Of a stretch of 64,000 nucleotides of DNA, positions 40,311-49,100 are shown piece by piece; position 1 is the first letter of the stretch; the number at the start of each line of letters is the position of its first letter. The notes under the pieces are model-generated. The model was not told where the DNA came from, searched no databases, and was given only the letters and a program-made list of their open reading frames with translations. The translations under genes were made by a program, and so were the position numbers. The stretch is from contig CM000434.1 of NCBI GenBank assembly GCA_000165345.1, positions 448,001-512,000 of the forward strand, given 5' to 3'.

Positions 40311-40899
40311 ATGAATATGAGAATATTATTTATTTATATTAACACCATACTCTTTTAGATCAACCACCAATTTGTGAGGGCCGTAATAAAAGCATTTTTT
40401 TTTTTTTTTACTGCGGGTAGAAATGCTTTATGTATATATTAAATTATCGATAAAGATTTAAATAAATAGAATTTCTTTACAAATATTTGTATTTCACTCA
40501 ATCACTGTAACTTGATAAACACCCTATTTTTTGTGCGTGATTTAGTTACTTTTTGCCTTCTTTAAAAATAGTCTAGTAATTTCACTATTCTATAGCAAGT
40601 ATTTAACTGATACATAGATTTATATTCATTTTCTATTTGAAATTTTTTGACAATAATTATTTAGCATGATTAGTCCTAAGAATTTTTTATCGAAAATAAA
40701 ATATTGAAAATGATTTGCTTTCATTCAAAAAATAATAATAAATAGTACTTCTGAATGTCATTGAAGGTTATGATTTCAAGTTTTAAACTAATTGTTAATT
40801 TTCTTTATCGAATCATAAATAGTATAATAACTACTTCTAATTTCTATATTTAATCTTTTGAATAATATATGTAAAACAAATTAAATTTATATATAAAAA

Positions 40900-43800
40900 C
40901 TAAGTAATCTTTAATATCTGTTTAAGTTTAAACTCCATCGAATCTTCAATTTTTTTTTCGCATTCTGGTACGTTGGAGATTTCATCATTCTTTTTTATCT
41001 TATTCTCTATGTTTCTTGAATTTAGGTAGTCTAGCCCATTTTTCTTTTTATTGATATTAATTGACAGCAATGACTTTAATTCAACAGCTAAGGGATGCTC
41101 ATTTGAATTAATATGTCTTATTTCAGTTTTATTCTTCGTCTTTCGGCATCTTAAATCTGAGTCATTACAATTATTATTATTATTATTATTTACTTCAGAG
41201 CTATTTTGTTTATCTGTGATTGATATTTCTTTCTTTCCCATTTGCTTTAAACTGCTATTTTGATTTTTCAGCCAATAATAACTATAATTATCACATTTTT
41301 TTTTGCTTTTTTCCGCTTTATTATTAAACTGCAAATCAAAGTTTAATATTTGTTTACTTATTATTTCTAAATGATTTTCATCTTTAAGATTTTGAATACA
41401 TGGTAGCAAAGGAATACACTCTGAAGATTTAACACTAATGCCTCTTAATTTAGAGCACATACCGTTTAAATTGTTTGCATTAATTTGAGTTTCATCCAAC
41501 AAAATATCAATAATTGTTGACGGATAATATTCCTTGTTAACTTTTACTCCACAGCATACAGATACAACTGTTCCAACTGTTCCAAAGGGCAACAATCCAT
41601 CATTTGTATTTATATAAACTACCCTAGTCCCCAAAGGGTACCCAAATCTTGAAATTAATTTATTTATGCCAGAGTTAAACTGATTCTCTGACTGATAAAA
41701 ATGCTCATTCCTACATAATTTCGACAAATCTATATATTTATCATTTGTCTCGATTTGTGAATTTAGAATTAGTCTTTCCAATCTAGAAATTGTTGAAGGA
41801 AGCATTGTTGCTGAATTAGAACGTGAAGATAAAAATGGTAAATTTCTATATAATTTACCCTTAATTATCTTTATCATTACATTAAATTTGAAGTCTTGAT
41901 CTTTTGAATCAATCAAATCCGAGAAAATATCCTTGACATGTATTTTCTTTAAGTTAAATACGTTTTCAACCTTTTCATTGTTATTGTCAATATTAAATGT
42001 GTTTGAGCAAATATTTTTTCCTTCAGAATTTATTATGTGTTCATCTAACTCTCCCTGGTCCAATAATACCAAACTTTTAAAAATAGCCAAAACAAAACAA
42101 GGGAAAAGGTCTAAATATTCTAATATTGATTTTATTGCTTCGTTGCTAACAATAGGAGTCCCAAGTTCCACATTAGTATTCGATGATGTAATAAATGAAT
42201 TTTCATCTACGAATTTACTATATAAAGGTAAATAAAGCTTATTTTTTAATTTATTTTCAAATTTAAAAAGATTCATCGATATTTCTTGCAAAGTACTATC
42301 GTTGCACTTCACTTGAATTGGACCAATAATTAGTTTCTTAAGAAATAAGGTTGAAAAGCGCATATACTCAAGTGATTTAGTAGCATCTAATCCGCATTTT
42401 GTGTTTAAGCAATTTAACAAGGGTTTGTATATTATTTTTGCAACATCCTCAATAGAAAACCATTGTATTGAAGATAAGTCTTCCAAAGCATATTCAAAAA
42501 TTCTCTTTTGAAGTTGTTCCACTTTATTCTTGTTTTTTGGAATTCGAAATAGTACTAATCTTTGAGCTTCATCTACAATTGTGCCGATATATCCATAGTT
42601 TGGATTTTGTTTATTAATGCAAAGGAGCTTTTCACCTAAATTTATTTTACTAATCTGCTTAAAACGTTCAGCCTCACTCTCTTTTAAATCTGAATACAAT
42701 AATATTAGTGGTAGCAAATAGTGTTTTGATATTTTTGAGAAGTTAAATTCAACCTTGCCACTCTCAGTAATGTAACTGCTCTCAGCAACTCTAGCCTCAA
42801 CAAGACAATTTACTGGATCAGATATATCCTTCAGTTCAGCATCAAAATCTTTCAAGTCTAAAACTTCTTTGCAATTAACCAACTTTGAAATGGAAAGCAA
42901 TTCTTCATCAATATTCATTGAATTTGAGGGGGAAAGAACAATTCCTCGTTTCTTTAGAAGTGAATTTTCATTAAATAATAAACGAATAAACTCTTTAGGA
43001 TTGTTGTTAGGTTCAATAATAGGTTTTGTCAGCAGCTTCGGTCTTAGAATATATCTCAAAGTTTTTATTGAAACAAGCTCAGCAACCTTCATTCTAGGAT
43101 AGTCAACCAATATTCTTATACCTGGATTTCTTGTATTAATGGAAGGTAGAAAGAGATTATTTAAAAACTCCTTTGAAATATGAGATGAAGATATTGAGGA
43201 AAAAATTGATTCATTACTACTTTCAGTCCCAAAAACACTTATCCCAGAACTATAATAAATTCTATAAGGAATTCTGCAAAGGTTTGGGAACCAATCGAAA
43301 GGTAATATTGTATTATCTAGTAAATAATTAGGGAAGTTTGATACACCGTCAGGGAATGCCGGATGATAAAACGATTTTGAAACTACCTTCGAGTTAGTAA
43401 TGGAAGGTAAGTATAATTTCACTGTGCTTTCAATTTTAGGAGTAGGAAATGCATAGTTATCCAAATAGAAAATAAATGGTCTCCCTTCCTGATTTCTGGC
43501 TTTATCTTCGGTATCTAAAAACTCCGAACTATTGATAATTGATGAATGAGTATTTGTATTAGCATCAATTAAATTTTCTAATTCACTTGTACTTAAATAA
43601 AATTTATACCGATTTTTCAGTTCATATTCAAAATTAGTCTTTATTTTGATTTCAAAATTTCTAAAATCAGAGTCATAAAAACCACATTTTGAAAGAACAT
43701 ATGTAATTGAATCCAATAGAAGGAACTCATCAATAAAAGGAATTAATGTTACGCCACCCCAAGGAACCTTGACGCCTTCCATATCAACTTCAAAGTTAGC

Positions 43801-45666
43801 CGGATAAAAACTCAATAATGGTGAGTTTGGATTAGTAAACAGCTTCCTAAATGGCTTTGGTAAAAGATCCTTGCTATTTGAAGGAAGAACCCCCATTAGT
43901 TGCTCAAACGGTTGCAATGGATTTCCTTTAATAAACCGAAATGCTAACCCATTAAGCTCGATTTCCTCCGAATACATTGTGTGAACAAACATCAATTTAG
44001 AAGAACCATATTTAACAATATCATCTCTACTCAATGTTGAAATACTCTTATTTTGTAGCCAACAACTTAAAATAATGGCAATATCACATGCAAATGGCGC
44101 ATACCTATAAGGGTAATACCATCTCCATGAAGGAACACCTCTAAAATAATAATAGCTGACCCATTGCAAACCCTCAAGGTAACAAAAAACAATATCTTCA
44201 ATAGAATTAGTTGTTATCCTATTGGAATTCGTGTTAGATTTAATATTTGCTTGATTTTGAACATTTGAATTTTCTGGGAAAAACTTATCGATATTTATTG
44301 CCATTTTTACAAAGTAATATCTCCAACGCATAACTTCAAAATTTTCGGGTCTAGTTTCTTGCCACTTTGCCCTAAATTTATCTTGTTCTATAGAGTCTGA
44401 TTTCATAAACCTTGGAACACCTATTGAATCTGAACTAATTTTGTTTTGGTCTGGGATTACCTTTTTCCAATAATCTGGATTAGAAATACGTTTTTCAGCT
44501 TCTTCTTTCTCCGAAATAATATGCCAAATTAGAAACCGTAACAAATTTACATAATTGATTCTACCACAATCTTCGAGTATCCATGGAGAACTACTCAACT
44601 TCATTAAAAAAAAATGAGCCAAATACTTTCTATAACTACTTATTATCCTTGCTAGTCCTTGATCAACAGTGTGGAATGGGATATGAGGGAGAAAATCATT
44701 TCCAACAATGAAGCCTAAGATAATAAAATCGTCAATAAGGCGTTCTCCATCTATTAAAACGTTATCGAAAATACTAATTTGATCCTGTGAATCATTTTTC
44801 AGTCCAAACTTGTATCCGAAACATAAATTTAACTCCTCAACACTTAAATTTCTAGGATTTAAATCATTTATAATATAATCTCTTAAAATAGAGATATGCA
44901 GAAATTGAAACCTTTCCTTTGTGCAAACCGTTCTACTCTCATAATTTCTTGAACTTGAAAATTTTATTTCTTCCCTCAACAAAGAAAAATGTGGTTCATG
45001 AGAAGCAAGAGAAAGCATTATCAAATCAGCATCAAGGCCATACAAGCAATGAGTCGTGTTGTTATTATAGTCTCTTTGGGATTTAATACAACGTATGAAA
45101 TCCATTATTTTATGTTCGCCTTCACCAGGTACGTCAGCTCCACTTAAAACAACTTCTAAATGTTTCCATAATGGATCAGTATGTATTTGATGGTAAATAA
45201 AAAATTCCAGTTGTCTCCGCAACTCATGCATAAAAGTCGTACCAGGAGTTATACAATTCGAATCAAAAACGTTATTTTGTGTTGTATCAATAGAATTATT
45301 TTTCTCCATTTTCTTTAGAAACTCTGAATCCCTTGCAGACCTAAATCTTCTACTTCTTTGTTGATTCATTTTAGCTCTAGGAGCAACCCCATCAACTGCA
45401 ATATAAAGTAATTTCCTAGGTTTAGCTATGTATACCAACTTATTTATATATCTAAAAATAGCAGCCCAAATTTCTGGAGACCCTTTTTCAGATAAATTAA
45501 TCCCATTACTTGGAGTGCGCATTTCACTAGAATTCACACTATTGTGAGCAATTCCATTTACATCCAAATATAAATTATCAAATGGTGGTATAATTCCATC
45601 TGATATTTCCTCATTAATTTGAGGATACCTTTCTGATATCCATCTATAGAATCTCGAGATTCCCAT
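40900..45666 (-). CDS. 5'-3' exoribonuclease, XRN family (length suggests cytoplasmic XRN1-like)
   Basis: 1588 aa. The N-terminus 'MGISRFYRWISERYPQINEEISDGIIPPFDNLYLDVNGIAHN' matches the XRN catalytic N-terminal consensus ('MGVPKF(F/Y)RW..ERYP...FDNLYLDMNGI.H'). Acidic active-site residues are in the expected places ('LDADLIMLSL', 'GEGEHKIMDFIR'). Confidence 0.85.
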   Translation of the reverse strand: MGISRFYRWISERYPQINEEISDGIIPPFDNLYLDVNGIAHNSVNSSEMRTPSNGINLSEKGSPEIWAAIFRYINKLVYIAKPRKLLYIAVDGVAPRAKMNQQRSRRFRSARDSEFLKKMEKNNSIDTTQNNVFDSNCITPGTTFMHELRRQLEFFIYHQIHTDPLWKHLEVVLSGADVPGEGEHKIMDFIRCIKSQRDYNNNTTHCLYGLDADLIMLSLASHEPHFSLLREEIKFSSSRNYESRTVCTKERFQFLHISILRDYIINDLNPRNLSVEELNLCFGYKFGLKNDSQDQISIFDNVLIDGERLIDDFIILGFIVGNDFLPHIPFHTVDQGLARIISSYRKYLAHFFLMKLSSSPWILEDCGRINYVNLLRFLIWHIISEKEEAEKRISNPDYWKKVIPDQNKISSDSIGVPRFMKSDSIEQDKFRAKWQETRPENFEVMRWRYYFVKMAINIDKFFPENSNVQNQANIKSNTNSNRITTNSIEDIVFCYLEGLQWVSYYYFRGVPSWRWYYPYRYAPFACDIAIILSCWLQNKSISTLSRDDIVKYGSSKLMFVHTMYSEEIELNGLAFRFIKGNPLQPFEQLMGVLPSNSKDLLPKPFRKLFTNPNSPLLSFYPANFEVDMEGVKVPWGGVTLIPFIDEFLLLDSITYVLSKCGFYDSDFRNFEIKIKTNFEYELKNRYKFYLSTSELENLIDANTNTHSSIINSSEFLDTEDKARNQEGRPFIFYLDNYAFPTPKIESTVKLYLPSITNSKVVSKSFYHPAFPDGVSNFPNYLLDNTILPFDWFPNLCRIPYRIYYSSGISVFGTESSNESIFSSISSSHISKEFLNNLFLPSINTRNPGIRILVDYPRMKVAELVSIKTLRYILRPKLLTKPIIEPNNNPKEFIRLLFNENSLLKKRGIVLSPSNSMNIDEELLSISKLVNCKEVLDLKDFDAELKDISDPVNCLVEARVAESSYITESGKVEFNFSKISKHYLLPLILLYSDLKESEAERFKQISKINLGEKLLCINKQNPNYGYIGTIVDEAQRLVLFRIPKNKNKVEQLQKRIFEYALEDLSSIQWFSIEDVAKIIYKPLLNCLNTKCGLDATKSLEYMRFSTLFLKKLIIGPIQVKCNDSTLQEISMNLFKFENKLKNKLYLPLYSKFVDENSFITSSNTNVELGTPIVSNEAIKSILEYLDLFPCFVLAIFKSLVLLDQGELDEHIINSEGKNICSNTFNIDNNNEKVENVFNLKKIHVKDIFSDLIDSKDQDFKFNVMIKIIKGKLYRNLPFLSSRSNSATMLPSTISRLERLILNSQIETNDKYIDLSKLCRNEHFYQSENQFNSGINKLISRFGYPLGTRVVYINTNDGLLPFGTVGTVVSVCCGVKVNKEYYPSTIIDILLDETQINANNLNGMCSKLRGISVKSSECIPLLPCIQNLKDENHLEIISKQILNFDLQFNNKAEKSKKKCDNYSYYWLKNQNSSLKQMGKKEISITDKQNSSEVNNNNNNNCNDSDLRCRKTKNKTEIRHINSNEHPLAVELKSLLSININKKKNGLDYLNSRNIENKIKKNDEISNVPECEKKIEDSMEFKLKQILKIT
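41170..41190. repeat. (ATT)7 trinucleotide microsatellite encoding poly-Asn inside the XRN gene
   Basis: 'attattattattattattatt' corresponds to 'NNNNNNN' in the minus-strand ORF. Confidence 0.8.
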
Positions 45667-45978
45667 TTTGAAACTAACATTTATAAATAACTTAAAAGAA
45701 AAAAATTAAATCCTCCCGCCAAATCAAATTTCTGTCTAATTGATTTTTTTTCTTAGATCAACTCAAAAACGATCAAAATAAGAATATGCTAAAAATCTAA
45801 GAACGTTAGATACAATACCATCTTTTAGTTGTATTTTAATAAAATTTTAACATTTTTTAATAGAATAGATTTTAGAAATTATTAATCCTCTTAAGTATGA
45901 AATAAGAAACACATTGAATATATGAAACCCTTTTCTATGTAAGAAAGCGACTTGGCAAACGAAACTCGGAGTTGTAGA

Positions 45979-46052
45979 GGTGGGATGGCCGAGCGGTCTA
46001 AGGCGCTAGTTCGAGGTGCTAGTTTTCGCGGGTTCGAATCCCGTTCCCATCA
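45979..46052 (+). tRNA. tRNA-like gene with leucine-type D-arm and anticodon arm but a class I (5-nt) variable loop; apparent anticodon GAG, C at position 33
   Basis: 74 nt. Acceptor stem GGTGGGA/TCCCATC (one G-U pair), discriminator A. The D-arm 'GCCGAGCGGTCTAAGGC' is identical to eukaryotic tRNA-Leu. Anticodon stem CTAGT/GCTAG with 7-nt loop TCGAGGT. T-arm GCGGG-TTCGAAT-CCCGT. The variable region is only 'TTTTC'. A T5 run follows immediately. Confidence 0.6.
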
Positions 46053-46053
46053 C

Positions 46054-46058
46054 TTTTT
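46054..46058 (+). terminator. RNA polymerase III oligo(T) terminator downstream of the tRNA-like gene
   Basis: 'cttttt' directly after the discriminator base. Confidence 0.5.
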
Positions 46059-46190
46059 GACACTGGAAAACAAAGAAAAGTTAAAATTCTATCAGATTAA
46101 ACTATCAAAGTAGTTTGGCCTTTTCTAGATAATTTTTTGATAATAGATGTTTTTAGCGATAATAAAATTATTATTCATTGAAATTCAGAT

Positions 46191-49100
46191 TTATGCAGCG
46201 TTACAAGTTGGCCCAATACATGTTGTTTCATATGACACAATTGGGGTCGTTATAACTTTCTTGACGCAACCTGTACTAGTTTTTTCTGTATTGTCTGGGC
46301 ATCTACTATCTGGTTTTGTTACCAAAACGCACTCCTTATTGTCAAACAAAGTATATGGATCATTGCATGTTAATGAGAATGGAGCATATTCAACAATATA
46401 GCATGTGCCATCTTGATCGGTAACATACCCAGATGGACAACTGGAAACTACTGGTGTAGATTCTATCTTTTCACAACCACCGGATGGGCACACCTTAGGT
46501 GCGAATCTTGCGCATCTATCACCCAATAGTTGACTATCAGCTGTACAGCTTAATGAATATGGAGCAAAAACTTCTCTTGAACAAACAGTTGTCCTCACAA
46601 TGCTTACTTCCTGAGTAACTGCATGATGATGATGATGATGTCCTAGAGCGTGATGATGTCCAGAACTATGATGTGGATGATTTGAAGCTGTTCCTAAAGA
46701 CCTTCTGGTTCCTTGGGCAACTCCAGCCTCCATTGTGTAACCCGGTGGGCAAACAAGCTCTGGTGGGAATGTTCTTATTCTCTCGCAATCGCCATTTGGA
46801 CAGACTTTATCTGCATATTTTGCGCACTTATCGCTGATAACTATTAATCCAGGTGGGCATGCCAATTCATAATCTGCATATTCATTAGCAATACACCTCT
46901 GTCCACTTCTCTCAAAGTTTTGAGGACAAGAGAGAATTGGTGGTATATAACTGATTCTTTCACAATTGTTGTTTGGACAAACCTTTGCTGTTGATTGTTG
47001 GCACATATCTCCCAATAATCTGAATCCATCTGGACATTGTAGTGCATATGGCTCATAAACATTTCTCATACATTGACTTGCTCCACTGGCTTTATGACCA
47101 TGGGATCTGATTGCAACACCAGCCTGAGGTCTATAATATCCAGGTGGGCACTCCATCGTTGGTGGTGAACGAATGAGTTGTTCGCAGTTTCCATCTGGGC
47201 AAACTTTAACAGTATGGATCGCGCATTTATCTCCGATTATTGAATAATTATCTGGACAAGAAAGGTCATAAGGTGTATATATTTGTTTTGTACACTCTTG
47301 TAATAACTGGTTTCCATGTCCATGTCCATGTCCTGCATGATCTGAATGATGATTTGATTGTGGTCTAGTAAATCCAGGTGGGCATACCATATTGGCAGGT
47401 TTACTTATCAATCTCTCGCAGTTACCATTTGGACAGATTTTATTTGTAAACAATGCACATCTATCCCCTAATAACACGAACCCTGATGAACATACTAAAC
47501 TATACTCTTCAAAAATAGTTCTAACACATTCTGCTGAAGGTGTTGAATAATGATGTGTTCCGGCGGTATGCTTGCTTGAAATTGCTGTTTGAATTCCGTT
47601 GGCATTTCTGTAACCTTGTGGACATGAAAGAGTTGGTGGAACGACGACTTGTTTTCTGCAGTCACCTTGTAGACAAATTTTTTCTGTTTTTTCGATACAT
47701 TTGTCGCCATCTAAAATAAATGGAGATTCGCATTTTAAAATATAAGGTACTGAAATTGTCTTAATGCACTCAGGGGAAGCTAGATTTCTGTGATGATGAT
47801 GATGATGATGATGATGTCCTTGATAAATTGTGCCGGTTTGGTAAACTGGAGTTGGATAAGTTGTTAAAATTTCCTGTGTTTGATGAATTACTTGTGGCTG
47901 ATAATTTACTTGTCTTTGTTGAATTACTTGTGGTTGGTTAATAGTTTGTGGTTGGACGGGAACAGAAACATTTGGATGGTTAATATGAGAATGGCTTATT
48001 GGCTGAATTGGTTTAGATGATGAGAATCCTGGAGGGCATACTAATTCAGCAGGCTCATTATATATACGCTCGCAATTACCATTTGGACATATTTTATCCG
48101 AATATGTAACACATTTATCCGCTACAAGTCTTGATCCAACAGGACAGATAAGATTATATGGAGCATGGTCTGCATGGATGCATTTCATTTGCTGAATAGG
48201 AGCAACAACTGGAACTGGTTGTGGTGGCTGAGAAATTACAGGAGTATATTTATGTCCATGAGAATATCCCTTTTGAGAAGTAGATTGAACCCCAGCTAAG
48301 TGTCTGTGGTGTGGATGAGCAGAAATATTCATAACTTCATCTATTTGGTGATATCCAGGGGGACAAGTTAAAGAAACAGGCGCAGTTACAACTCTTTGGC
48401 AACTTTCATTCGGGCAAACTTTTTCTCTTGTGGTAGCGCATTTGTCTCCAACCAATGCATATCCTGCAGGGCATGCAAGATCATATGGTGAATATTTGTT
48501 AACTTGACATTGAGATCCTACATCTACAGAACCTGGCGGACATTTTAAAGTAGGTGGAGTTTTTACAAACTTAGCACACTCTTTTGATCTTGTTCCATCT
48601 TGACAAATTGCTTCTAATGGGTAGTAATTTGTTAATACACATTCTTTTCCTACAAGTTCAGCATTGTTCTCGCAAATAGGCACAGCTGGGACAGAATCAG
48701 CTTTTGTACAAGTTTTTGGGGTAATTTTTGGAACATCTTCACAAATTGGCCTTGGAGCCTCTTTATGATGTTGTGTATGTATATTCTGGGTTTGAATTGG
48801 TATAACTTGTGAATGTGAATGCCCATGAGAATGACCATGATGATGTCCTGGATTTTGTATCTCAGATGTTTCATAAACTGTTGATGTTTCTTTTGCAGCT
48901 GCTAATCTTCTTAGTGCTTTAACATCAGGTGTTTTACACTCTGTAACATAAGTTGTTACTGAACAGTCATATTGGCTTCTTCTAACACATTGTTTACCTG
49001 TTTCCAATGAATAACCAGGTGGGCATTCCAAAACAGGCGAACTAATCGATCTCTCTACGCAAACGTCCCCCTCTCTAGTACCAACAGGACAAACGTATTG

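Noticed and set aside
40391-40420. T16 homopolymer 'gcatttttttttttttttactgcggg' between adaptin and XRN
   Set aside because: Simple homopolymer in an AT-rich 3'/5' intergenic region; could be a poly(A)-signal context or just low-complexity DNA. No specific function can be supported.
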